A DNA stretch of 64,000 bases from Actinomycetota bacterium (GTDB lineage Bacteria; Actinomycetota; Geothermincolia; Geothermincolales; RBG-13-55-18): contig JAFGDU010000098.1 of the NCBI GenBank assembly GCA_016931915.1, forward strand, positions 1,728-65,727, read 5' to 3'. Every line of letters begins with the position of its first letter. Positions within the stretch are counted from its first letter, which is position 1. This document shows positions 43,318 to 52,170 of the stretch, one piece after another. A program made the position numbers and the translations under genes. Under the pieces are notes generated by a model that was not told the origin of the DNA, made no database searches, and was given only the letters and a program-made list of their open reading frames with translations.

Positions 43318-44634
43318 CTACGGTTCCTTTCTACGCCGCTTTCGCACCGCCTTTTTCAGTTTCAGGCCATAGAGCCTGGATTGCACCAACGACCTGGGCT
43401 CGAAGCCGAAATAGTAGCGGTGCCAGTAGTATATGGAATCGAGCGCGTCCCTCATCTTGCGGTAGGCGCTGATACGCAGGGGGTAGCGGCGGCGCATCTC
43501 CTGCGCCTCCTCGAAGGTATCCACCCGCACCATGCGGCCGTCCGGCCCCGGCACCACGATGCCGGACTCTGCAAGGGCACGATACCTCTCCGCGGTCTCC
43601 TCCAGGGTGGGCCCGCACACCAGTGCGCACTGGCCGCAGATCATGGGGATAGGATAGGCGTCAATACCACCTACGCCCATCCTCCTGCCAAACTCGGCCA
43701 GGATGCGGTAACGCTCCGCCTCATCCTCCGGAAGGTCCTCGAGCCCGGGGACTCCCTCCATGATCTCCTGCGGCCAGAGTACGCTGCACAGAACGCGCAG
43801 AATATCGAAGCGGGGCCATGCGTCCCCCGCCGTCAGGCCGCGCTTGAACATATCCCAGATCAGCTTGAGCGGGTTCCCGCCGTCGGGCGGATTATCCACC
43901 CATGATTCGATCCAGTGCAGGCCCCAGTTGGAATAGCGCCTGTCCGCGCTCAGGCTGTGCAGGCCGAAACAGGAGATGTGGCAGAGGTCGATGTTGTTAC
44001 GGCGGCCGCGCGGATGCAGCTCGCCGCCCAGCAGCAGGTATTCCTCTTCCTTCGCGTCGAACATGCGGCTGGGACAGGATCTGGCGCAGCGCTTGCACTT
44101 CATGCAATAGCCATCCACGAAATAACGGGGCGTCAGCGCCGCATCGCTCTCCAGCACGGCGTCTGTGAGTACCGCCCCGAGGTAGATGGAGGCGCCGTAT
44201 TCCTTCGTCATCAGGTTGCCGCTCCACCCCTGCCCTCCCGCTCCCGCGGCCATGGCCCCCAGGCGCAGGGAGAATGCCGGGCGCGGCCGGAAGACATAAA
44301 TGGCGCGGCGGTAATCGGCGCTCAAGGGAACCCCTACGGCGCGGTGGCCCCGCGAGACGAGGAAGTCCGCCAACTCCTTTCCGATGCGCTGCAGGCGCTG
44401 GTAGTTGAGGAACTGGTCCAGGTTGTGGGGCGCGGGCGAGCGCTTGCACAGGAAATCGTAGATGGCATCGGTGTTCATGGGCAAGGCCATGGATACCACG
44501 GACCTCGCGCCAGGCATGGTGTAGGAGAGGTCGAGGGACGGAGGACCGTCCAGGCGCTCCGGTCCCGCGATCCCGACCACGTCTACACCGCGGGCTCGTA
44601 CGAAATCCTTGATCCTGTCCTCGATGGACGCCAT
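43318..44634 (-). CDS. Fe-S protein, epoxyqueuosine-reductase / reductive-dehalogenase-like
   Basis: ATG 44634 after GGGGAG. 4Fe-4S motif CMKCKRCARSCP and further Cys (CGQCALVCGP). N-terminal region resembles the QueG-type fold (memory only). Confidence 0.45.
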   Translation of the reverse strand: MASIEDRIKDFVRARGVDVVGIAGPERLDGPPSLDLSYTMPGARSVVSMALPMNTDAIYDFLCKRSPAPHNLDQFLNYQRLQRIGKELADFLVSRGHRAVGVPLSADYRRAIYVFRPRPAFSLRLGAMAAGAGGQGWSGNLMTKEYGASIYLGAVLTDAVLESDAALTPRYFVDGYCMKCKRCARSCPSRMFDAKEEEYLLLGGELHPRGRRNNIDLCHISCFGLHSLSADRRYSNWGLHWIESWVDNPPDGGNPLKLIWDMFKRGLTAGDAWPRFDILRVLCSVLWPQEIMEGVPGLEDLPEDEAERYRILAEFGRRMGVGGIDAYPIPMICGQCALVCGPTLEETAERYRALAESGIVVPGPDGRMVRVDTFEEAQEMRRRYPLRISAYRKMRDALDSIYYWHRYYFGFEPRSLVQSRLYGLKLKKAVRKRRRKEP

Positions 44635-44907
44635 GGAGGCTCCCCAAAAAACGAATAAGCCGGAAACGCCTACGGCAGCCAAGCAATGTATGCAGCAGCT
44701 TGCACCGTTTCTTAATTATACAGGTGCCGGGGTCACTCTAGAATTCCTCATCCCGGTCGGCGGCGAAACGGTATCGCCCAGGAGGGAGCGCAGCACCACC
44801 TCTTCCTCCGCTGCTCCTGGCGTAGAAAACGCCGCTCCCGCCACCGCGCTTATATGTCATAATGTTGCTGCAAAGGGGATTCTCAGGCGAGGTAAGGAGG
44901 CGGAAAG

Positions 44908-45273
44908 GTGACGGTGAGGGGCAGAACGGTAAGGGAATTCACAGCCGGGGCCGACCTGTGGCAGATAGTGGACGCCTGGGCCCAGCAGACCGGCTACAAG
45001 CTCGTCGCCTACGACCAGGTGTCAAGGCTCTACCAGAGGGGCGAGGGATTCCTGGTCGCGCCCCAGAGGCTGCAGGTGACCTATACCGGCGCCGGTTACC
45101 GCCTGGAGGCGTACGTGTGGGTGCCCATGTTCACGCGCGTATTCACCCTCATGCTCATGCCCGAGGAATTGCGGTTGGATTCCGGGGGGTTCACCGGGTC
45201 GCTTCCGCGCAAGACGGCGCGGGGCCACGTGAACCTGCTGCTGCAGGCGCTGGGGCAACCCCTTATAACGTAG
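44908..45273 (+). CDS. hypothetical protein
   Basis: GTG start after AAGGAGG. 121 aa, realistic composition, no motif recognised. Confidence 0.45.
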   Translation: MTVRGRTVREFTAGADLWQIVDAWAQQTGYKLVAYDQVSRLYQRGEGFLVAPQRLQVTYTGAGYRLEAYVWVPMFTRVFTLMLMPEELRLDSGGFTGSLPRKTARGHVNLLLQALGQPLIT

Positions 45274-45421
45274 CCAAAATCACCTTCCTGTATTATCCTT
45301 GTGATACCGTAGCAACTATCGCGGTCCCATCGACACACCCCTTACAGCAGTCACCCCACAACAGCGATGCCCACGTCTCACGTTGATATCTCGTCAACGA
45401 GCCGGAACAAGGGGGATGACC

Positions 45422-47281
45422 ATGCAAGCCGAAAAGACCTTCATGGGCCTGATGCGAGCCCTGCCTCCCTTCATGCGCATGGAGGAGACCAAGGGGTTGG
45501 GGAGGACTTTCAAGCAGCAGTGGGGCGGAGGTGGGAACACCTTCAAGATCGTGGTCAAGATCTTCACCGGGGGTCAGGGACTGCTCAAGAACCTGATAGA
45601 CCTCGGAAAGGTCAAGGTGGGAAAGATCGTTCCCAACTGGACCCTGGCGTTGTGGGATATTCTAGAAGACCGCGAGGCGGCCGTGGACGGCGATACCAGG
45701 CTGGACTATGGTGAGTTAGGGGTCCGGGCACTCAAGCTGGCCAATGCCCTGCAGGGTCTGGGAGTGAAGCCCAAGGACCGCGTGGCCACCATGATCTACA
45801 ACAGCGTAGCCTTCCTGGAGATACTGAACGCCACGAGCCTCATCGGGGCGCCCATGCCCTTCGTCAACTGGCACCTGAGGGGGGAGGAACTGCGCAAGAC
45901 CATCAACCTGCGCAAGCCCCGGGTCTTCATCTTCGACGCCGATCTCCTGCAGGAGATACTGGAGATCAAGGACGGCCTGGAAGGCATCGAGCATTTCGTG
46001 GTGCTGGGGGGCGGCGGCCCTCCACCCCGGGGAATGCTCTCCTACGAAGAACTGCTGGAGAGGGCGCCGGCCGTCAGGCCGGACGTCAACTTCATCGCCT
46101 CCCTCAACCCCTATACGGGTGGGACCACCGGAATACCCAAGAGCTCCAACCTATACGACAGCCTGAGCTACGCCCTATCCGACCTGGCGGAGGCTCCGCG
46201 CGAGACCTTCGAGAACTTCCTCCCCTACTCGTCCAAGGCTTTCAGCTACTTCTACTGGTTCGGCGGCGACCGCATATGCGATCCCATCAGCAGGAACATC
46301 AGGACCCTCATCGTCACGCCCGTGTATCACGCCGGGACGGCGGCGGGATGGGCGCCGTGTTTCATGCTGGGAGCGACGGGCGTCTTCGTGCGCAAGTTCG
46401 ACGCCGAGGAGTTCCTGCGGCTCATCGAGGCCGAGCGCATCAACTGGGTCTTCGTGGCTCCCACCATCCTGCAGCGCGTGCTGGCCCTCCCCGACGAGGT
46501 GAAGAAGAAGTACTGGCTGGGCTCCATGCGCTCCGTCATCTGTGCAGCGGCTCCCTGCCCGCCGCAGGTGAAGAGGGATATCAACCAGCTGTTCCAGGAG
46601 CGCGGGGCGCCCGGGCCGGTTTTCTGCGAGTATTACGGCAGCTCCGAGACGGCCATCGTCACCGTCCTCTTGCCCGAGGATTACGAGGAGGAACCGCGGC
46701 GCATCAACAGCGTGGGCAAGGCGCGCTGCGGCGACCTGGGTATCTTCATCGAGGAAGAGGGAAGATGGGCCGCCCCCAACGAGATCGGGAAGGTCATGGG
46801 CCGCACCGCATCGACCCTGGCCCTGCGCTATCCCGGCTCCGAGGACAAGCTGCACGAATCCATCCGTACCATCGACGGTGTCGAATGGTACGACGACGGC
46901 CTGCTGGGTTACCTGGACGAGGACGGCTTCCTCTACCTCACGAGCAGGTTGAAGGAGATGATCATAACCGGCGGAGTAAACGTCTATCCCCTGGAGATCG
47001 AGGGGGTCATCCTGCGCCACCCGGCCGTCTTCGACGCGGCCGTGGTGAGCATGCCCCACCCCGACCTGGGGGAGGTACCCGTAGCCTGCGTGCAACTCCA
47101 CGAGGGCAGGGAAGCGAGCGCCGACGACATCCTCGCCTTCTGCAGTGAGGAGGGCCTGCACGGTTACCTGCTCCCCGCCATGGTGGAGTTCCTCCCGGAA
47201 CTCCCCCGCCATATCGACGGAAAGATAATCAAGAGGGAGCTCGAGAAGCTCTACTGGAAAGATGAGGAGAGAAAGGGCTAG
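45422..47281 (+). CDS. AMP-dependent acyl-CoA synthetase/ligase
   Basis: AMP-binding motif YTGGTTGIPKSS, YGSSET, and C-terminal GWYDDGLLGYLDEDGFLYLTSRLKEMI..GG.NVYP.EIE. Confidence 0.85.
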   Translation: MQAEKTFMGLMRALPPFMRMEETKGLGRTFKQQWGGGGNTFKIVVKIFTGGQGLLKNLIDLGKVKVGKIVPNWTLALWDILEDREAAVDGDTRLDYGELGVRALKLANALQGLGVKPKDRVATMIYNSVAFLEILNATSLIGAPMPFVNWHLRGEELRKTINLRKPRVFIFDADLLQEILEIKDGLEGIEHFVVLGGGGPPPRGMLSYEELLERAPAVRPDVNFIASLNPYTGGTTGIPKSSNLYDSLSYALSDLAEAPRETFENFLPYSSKAFSYFYWFGGDRICDPISRNIRTLIVTPVYHAGTAAGWAPCFMLGATGVFVRKFDAEEFLRLIEAERINWVFVAPTILQRVLALPDEVKKKYWLGSMRSVICAAAPCPPQVKRDINQLFQERGAPGPVFCEYYGSSETAIVTVLLPEDYEEEPRRINSVGKARCGDLGIFIEEEGRWAAPNEIGKVMGRTASTLALRYPGSEDKLHESIRTIDGVEWYDDGLLGYLDEDGFLYLTSRLKEMIITGGVNVYPLEIEGVILRHPAVFDAAVVSMPHPDLGEVPVACVQLHEGREASADDILAFCSEEGLHGYLLPAMVEFLPELPRHIDGKIIKRELEKLYWKDEERKG

Positions 47282-47357
47282 TAGGCCCGTTCGAGCCTGC
47301 AAACCAGCTGCGATCCTGGAATGGGAGGGGTTTGAAAGGAAGGGATAAGGAGGGCAC

Positions 47358-48596
47358 ATGGAACTCAAAGAAGTCGTAGTAGTGGAGGCCGTGCGCACCC
47401 CGACGGGCAGGTCCGGTTGGGCCGGAGCCGCGAAGGGCGGCGTGTTCTCCAACGTATCGGCGCAGAACCTGCTGGTGACGGCGCTGCGAAGCCTGGTGGA
47501 CCGGGTGAAAGAAAGGGCGCCGGGGTTCGACGAAGTACAGATCGAGGACGTCGCCGTGGGATGCCTGAGCCAGATCGGCGAACAGGGCCTCAACGTGGGC
47601 AGGGTCGGCTTGCTCGCCGCCGACTTCCCCGAGGAAGTGGCGGGATGGACGGTAAACCGCTACTGCAACGCGGGCCTGCAGGCGATCAATTCCCAGGCAC
47701 ACGCCCTCATGTGCGGGGCGGGCGATATCGCCGTCGCCGCCGGGGTCGAGAACATGAGCCACTACGGCATGGGGTCGGACCTGCAGGCGGCCATGCAGGC
47801 GGGAATGTCCGTCACCCTCCATCCCCGGGCCATCGAGCGCGCCGCCCTGGCCCCCATGGGCGTGAGCGCGCAGATGCTGGCCGACCGCTACGAACTCGAC
47901 CGCGAGGACATGGACCGCTTCGCGCTGTGGAGCCACCAGAAGGCCGTCCTGGCCATGCGCGACGAGGAGAGCTACCGCAAGCGCGTGGTCCCGGTGGAGG
48001 TGGACGGCGAGGGCGGAGAGAAAAAACTGGTGGAGTTCGACGAACCCCCGCGCGCGCAGGCGGTGGACGATCCGGACGCCGCCCTGGCGAAGATCGCCTC
48101 CCTGGCCCCGCGTTTCCGCGACGACGGTACGGTGACCGCCGCGACGTCCTCGGCCATCGTGGATGGAGCTGCGGCGGTGATGCTCATGACCGCGGAGAAG
48201 GCGGAGGAGTTGGGCCTGGAGCCCATGGTGCGCATAGTATCCACCGCCGTGGCCGGCTCCGAGCCGCTGATCATGCTGCTGGGACCCGTGCCCGCGATGC
48301 ACAAGGCTCTCGACCGCGCGCACATGACCATGGACGATATGGACGTGTTCGAGCCCAACGAGGCCTTCGTGCCCCCCGTACTGGCCTTCTGCACCGAGTT
48401 CGGCATAGAGTTCGACGACCCGCGCATAAACCCCACCGGCGGTGCTTGCGCCATCGGCCATCCCATCGGTTGCACCGGGGTCCTCTACTTCACGGAGATG
48501 GTCCATCACATGATGCGCAACGACCTCAAGTACGGACTGCAGACCCTTTGCGGCGGAGGGGGCGTCGGCATAGCGACGATAGTGGAAAAAGTTTAA
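47358..48596 (+). CDS. acetyl-CoA C-acyltransferase (thiolase)
   Basis: 412 aa. VNRYCNAGLQAI active-site Cys region, NPTGGACAIGHPIGCTG and CGGGGVGIATIVE C-terminal thiolase signatures. Confidence 0.85.
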   Translation: MELKEVVVVEAVRTPTGRSGWAGAAKGGVFSNVSAQNLLVTALRSLVDRVKERAPGFDEVQIEDVAVGCLSQIGEQGLNVGRVGLLAADFPEEVAGWTVNRYCNAGLQAINSQAHALMCGAGDIAVAAGVENMSHYGMGSDLQAAMQAGMSVTLHPRAIERAALAPMGVSAQMLADRYELDREDMDRFALWSHQKAVLAMRDEESYRKRVVPVEVDGEGGEKKLVEFDEPPRAQAVDDPDAALAKIASLAPRFRDDGTVTAATSSAIVDGAAAVMLMTAEKAEELGLEPMVRIVSTAVAGSEPLIMLLGPVPAMHKALDRAHMTMDDMDVFEPNEAFVPPVLAFCTEFGIEFDDPRINPTGGACAIGHPIGCTGVLYFTEMVHHMMRNDLKYGLQTLCGGGGVGIATIVEKV

Positions 48597-48599
48597 GCC

Positions 48600-48773
48600 G
48601 GGGGTCAGCCGTTCAATCGACACATAGGGTCAAGTGTCCATATGCTTTCCAGCCGACAATCCGGCAGTTCACCACAACAATAGCGCAAAAGAGCTTGATG
48701 CTCTTTCGCCATATGTATTCTTGGAATAGTCCGTGTACGCCTGACCCTATGTGTCGATTGAACGGCTGACCCC
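48600..48773 (+). mobile_element. family B MITE-like element, copy B3 (174 bp)
   Basis: GGGGGTCAGCCGTTCAATCGACACATAGGGTCA ... TGACCCTATGTGTCGATTGAACGGCTGACCCC. Begins 4 nt after the thiolase stop and ends 2 nt before the trp -35 box. Confidence 0.9.
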
Positions 48774-48775
48774 AG

Positions 48776-48804
48776 TTGACAGGTTTTGGATTTTGTCCTA
48801 CAAT
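48776..48804 (+). promoter_or_regulatory. trp operon promoter (sigma70-type consensus)
   Basis: TTGACA (48776-48781), 17-nt spacer, TACAAT (48799-48804). Confidence 0.7.
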
Positions 48805-48814
48805 CGCAACCACT

Positions 48815-48862
48815 ATGAAAGAGAACTTGCGTATTTACCGATGGTGGTGGAGCTCCTCGTAG
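48815..48862 (+). CDS. trpL: trp leader peptide MKENLRIYRWWWSSS
   Basis: 15 codons with three consecutive TGG (48842-48850). The ATG is 10 nt after the -10 box, with no SD. Followed by alternative hairpins and a terminator upstream of trpE. Confidence 0.65.
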   Translation: MKENLRIYRWWWSSS

Positions 48863-48967
48863 AGAGGGCTCCGGCTGCCGCGCGTTCTCCGATTAGACCG
48901 TAAGTTAGAAAAAGGCCGTGAATCCTCTCTGAAGGGGTCACGGCCTTCTATATTCCCACCCCATACA
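48863..48967 (+). promoter_or_regulatory. trp attenuator alternative-structure region
   Basis: GGCCGTGA (48914-21) / TCACGGCC (48938-45) hairpin. TCACGGCC can alternatively pair with GGCCGTGT (48968-75). AGAGAGG (48861-67) is complementary to CCTCTCT (48924-30). Confidence 0.55.
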
Positions 48968-49003
48968 GGCCGTGTACCCGAGGTGCACGGCCTTTAATTA
49001 TTT
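48968..49003 (+). terminator. trp attenuator terminator
   Basis: GGCCGTGTAC-ccgag-GTGCACGGCC (10-bp stem) followed by TTTAATTATTT, about 20 nt before the trpE start. Confidence 0.65.
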
Positions 49004-49022
49004 GCAAAAGGAGGAGATGGAC

Positions 49023-50579
49023 ATGGAGACGTATACTTACGCCTACGGCACGCAGAACAGGGCACCCGGACTCTACTACCCGGGCCAGGAGGAGTTCGTG
49101 AGCGAAGCCCGGCGGCACAACCTGATCACCGTATCGCGCACGGTGAGCGCGGACACGGAGACCCCGGTCACGGCCTTCATGAAGCTGGGTGGGGGCAAAT
49201 ACTCGTTTCTGCTGGAGAGCGCCGAGGGCGGCGAGCGCTGGGGGCGCTATTCCTTCATCGGCTGCGAGCCGCACGCGGTGTTACGCTGCAGCGGCGGCAT
49301 GCTCGACTTCCCCCTGGGGAAGCTGACAACCCCCGGGGGATCCAACCCCATCGACTTCCTCTTCGAGACCATGGGCGCCTTCAATGCCAGCGACGGCGGT
49401 GGAGGGCTGCCTTTCCGTGGTGGGGCGGTGGGGTTCATCTCTTACGACATGCTTCCCTACATGGAGAAGGTCAGGATCGTGGCCCGGGGCGGGCTGGGGC
49501 TGCCGGAGATGATGTTCATGCTCACCCGCACCTCGGCCGCCTTCGACCACCTGGCGGGGCGCCTGGTGCTCATGGCCAACGTCCTCATACCGCAGAACGC
49601 GGGGGAGGGAGAGCTGCGCGCTCTCTACCGCCAGGCCATCGCCTCCCTGGAATCAATGGCCGGCGCCCTCTCCGCCAGCGTGCCGAGGGATGCCTCCTCG
49701 GACGTCTATTTCCTCTCGCAGGAGACCGATTTCCAGGGCGTCGACTCCAACTTCACCCGCGACGAATACGAGGCGGCGGTGGAGAGAGCCAGGGAGTATA
49801 TCTTCGCCGGGGATGCCTTCCAGGTGGTGCCCTCGCAGCGCTTCTCCTTCCCCCTGCGCTGTTCGCCGTTCTCCGTCTACCGCAGCCTGCGGTCCGAGAA
49901 CCCCTCGCCCTACATGTTCTTTCTCCGCTTCGACGACCTGTGCCTCATAGGCTCCTCCCCGGAGCCCCTGGTGCGCCAGTACGGGGGCCAGGCGGTCATC
50001 CGGCCCATCGCCGGAACGCGGCCGCGGGGAGTGACCCCGCAGGAGGACGCGGCCATGGAGGAGGAGCTGCTGGGCGATGCCAAGGAACGGGCGGAACACG
50101 TGATGCTCGTGGACCTGGCCCGCAACGACCTGGGGCGGGTATGCAAGCCCGGCTCGGTGCGGGTGGAGCGCATGATGGAGGTGGAGCGCTTCTCCCACGT
50201 CATGCACCTGGTAAGCGAGGTGAGCGGCGAGTTGCGGCCCGGGTGCGGCAACCGCGAGTTGCTCGCCTCGTCCTTCCCCGCCGGCACGGTATCGGGCGCG
50301 CCGAAGATACGCGCTTGCGAGATCATCGACGAACTGGAGAAGGACCGGCGGGGGCCCTACGCGGGCGCCGTGGGATATATCTCCTACAGCGGGGACATGG
50401 ACACCTGCATCGCCATCCGCACCATCGTCGCCCACGGCGGCCTGGCGCACGTGCAGGCGGGCGGGGGCGTGGTCGCCGACTCCGACCCCGCGCGCGAATA
50501 CGAGGAGACCCGCAACAAGGCACGCGCTCTCCTGCGCGCGGTGCGCCTGGCCGAGGCCAGGGAGGGGGTGAGGTTGTGA
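49023..50579 (+). CDS. trpE: anthranilate synthase component I
   Basis: ATG 49023, 8 nt after GGAGG. Chorismate-binding blocks (SPEPLV, IAGTRPRG, LLGDAKERAEHVMLVDLARNDLGRV, GAPKIRA, YAGAVGY). Confidence 0.9.
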   Translation: METYTYAYGTQNRAPGLYYPGQEEFVSEARRHNLITVSRTVSADTETPVTAFMKLGGGKYSFLLESAEGGERWGRYSFIGCEPHAVLRCSGGMLDFPLGKLTTPGGSNPIDFLFETMGAFNASDGGGGLPFRGGAVGFISYDMLPYMEKVRIVARGGLGLPEMMFMLTRTSAAFDHLAGRLVLMANVLIPQNAGEGELRALYRQAIASLESMAGALSASVPRDASSDVYFLSQETDFQGVDSNFTRDEYEAAVERAREYIFAGDAFQVVPSQRFSFPLRCSPFSVYRSLRSENPSPYMFFLRFDDLCLIGSSPEPLVRQYGGQAVIRPIAGTRPRGVTPQEDAAMEEELLGDAKERAEHVMLVDLARNDLGRVCKPGSVRVERMMEVERFSHVMHLVSEVSGELRPGCGNRELLASSFPAGTVSGAPKIRACEIIDELEKDRRGPYAGAVGYISYSGDMDTCIAIRTIVAHGGLAHVQAGGGVVADSDPAREYEETRNKARALLRAVRLAEAREGVRL

Positions 50580-51151
50580 AGAGGGTACTTCTCATCGACA
50601 ACTACGACTCCTTCACCTTTAACCTGGCCCAGGCCATGGAGGTGCTGGGGGCGGAGGTGATAACGATGCGCAACGACGCCGCCGAGACCGGAGAGCTCGT
50701 GGGCTACGGACCCACACACCTGGTCATCTCACCCGGCCCCGGTACTCCGGCCGAGTCCGGCATCACCCTGGGCGCGGTTGAGCTCTTCGCTGGCGACATC
50801 CCCATCCTGGGCGTATGCCTCGGCCACCAGGCCATAGGGCAGTGCTTCGGGGCCAGCCTGGTGAGGGCGCCGCGCCCCGTGCACGGCAAGGTCTCCACTA
50901 TCTCGCACGACGCGAGCACCATCTTTCAGGGTCTGGAGAACCCCCTTACCGCCACCCGCTACCATTCCCTCATCCTCGAGGACATCCCGGCCGAGCTGGA
51001 GGTAAGCGCACGCTCTGAAGACGGGCTGGTGATGGGCGTGCGCCACCGCGGCATGGCGGTGGAGGGGGTGCAGTTCCACCCCGAGTCGATCCTCACCCCG
51101 AGCGGTAATTCCCTGCTCGAAAATTTCCTGACCATGGGGGTGGGACCATGA
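50576..51151 (+). CDS. trpG: anthranilate synthase component II (glutamine amidotransferase)
   Basis: GTGA overlap with the trpE stop. LLIDNYDSFTFNL, GVCLGHQAI catalytic Cys, VQFHPES. Confidence 0.9.
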   Translation: MKRVLLIDNYDSFTFNLAQAMEVLGAEVITMRNDAAETGELVGYGPTHLVISPGPGTPAESGITLGAVELFAGDIPILGVCLGHQAIGQCFGASLVRAPRPVHGKVSTISHDASTIFQGLENPLTATRYHSLILEDIPAELEVSARSEDGLVMGVRHRGMAVEGVQFHPESILTPSGNSLLENFLTMGVGP

Positions 51152-52170
51152 TCGCGGAGACGATATCCCGGCTGACGGCGGGAGAGAGCTTGAGCCGGGA
51201 GGAAGCCCGCGAGACCATGCTCTTTCTCATGCAGGGCGAGGCGAGCGACGCCCAGATAGCGGCCCTGCTGACCGCGCTCAAGATGCGGGGCGAGACGGTG
51301 CAGGAAATAGCCGGCTTCGCGCAGGGCATGCGCGAGGCGGCCACGCGCATCAGCCCCGCGGCCTCCCCCCTCATCGATACCTGCGGCACCGGGGGCGACG
51401 GCCTCTGTACCTTCAACATCTCCACCGCAGCCGCCTTTATCGCCGCCGGAGCGGGGGTCTACGTCGCCAAGCACGGCAACCGCGCGGTGAGCTCGCCCTG
51501 CGGCAGCGCCGACGTCCTGGAGGCCCTGGGCGTGGATATCACCCTCGAGGCGGACAGGGTGCGTGAGTGCATCGAGGAGGTGGGTATCGGCTTTCTCTTC
51601 GCCCCCTCCTTCCATCCCGCCATGCGCCACGTGATGCGCGCGCGGCGGGAGATGGGCGTCCCCACCGCTTTCAACCTGCTGGGACCGCTCACCAACCCCG
51701 CGGGCGCGGAGTCCCAGCTCCTGGGCGTGGGTGCGCGGCAAAAAGCGCCGCTCCTGGCGGAAGCCCTGGCCGAACTGGGCACGAAGCGCGCCATGGTGGT
51801 GCACGCCGAAGACGGCATGGACGAGTTCTCCACCACCTCCCCCACCCTGGTGTGGGACATAGGTCCGCAGGGGGTGCGTACCATCCGCTTCAAATCCGAG
51901 GAGCTGGGGATGGCGCGGGCCTCCCTGCAGGATATCGCGGGGGGCGCCACGGCGGAGGCCAACGCAGGCATCATCAGGGACGAGGTCCTGGCAGGACGTA
52001 CGGGCCCCCGGCGCGACATCGCGGTACTCAATGCCGCCGCCGCCATCGTGGTGGCCGGAAAGGCGGACGACATCGCGCAAGGCATAAGCGAGGCGGAACG
52101 GTCCATAGACTCCGGGGCGGCCCTGGGCAAACTGGACGAGCTGGTGGAGTTCTCCGCCGGAGGTGGATGA
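51148..52170 (+). CDS. trpD: anthranilate phosphoribosyltransferase
   Basis: ATGA overlap. DTCGTGGDG, KHGNRAVSS, GIGFLFAP blocks. Confidence 0.9.
   Translation: MIAETISRLTAGESLSREEARETMLFLMQGEASDAQIAALLTALKMRGETVQEIAGFAQGMREAATRISPAASPLIDTCGTGGDGLCTFNISTAAAFIAAGAGVYVAKHGNRAVSSPCGSADVLEALGVDITLEADRVRECIEEVGIGFLFAPSFHPAMRHVMRARREMGVPTAFNLLGPLTNPAGAESQLLGVGARQKAPLLAEALAELGTKRAMVVHAEDGMDEFSTTSPTLVWDIGPQGVRTIRFKSEELGMARASLQDIAGGATAEANAGIIRDEVLAGRTGPRRDIAVLNAAAAIVVAGKADDIAQGISEAERSIDSGAALGKLDELVEFSAGGG

Noticed and set aside
22394-48773. Could the dispersed repeats be a CRISPR array or its remnants?
   Set aside because: Copies are 1-10 kb apart with genes between them, not 25-40-nt spacers. The repeats are long palindromes occurring in both orientations, and no cas genes are present.
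48805-49022. T-box riboswitch or TRAP-binding (G/U)AG repeat leader for the trp operon
   Set aside because: There is no AGGGUGGNACCGCG-like T-box sequence and no specifier-loop architecture. There is no series of 9-11 spaced GAG/UAG triplets either. The WWW leader peptide plus alternative hairpins explains the region better.
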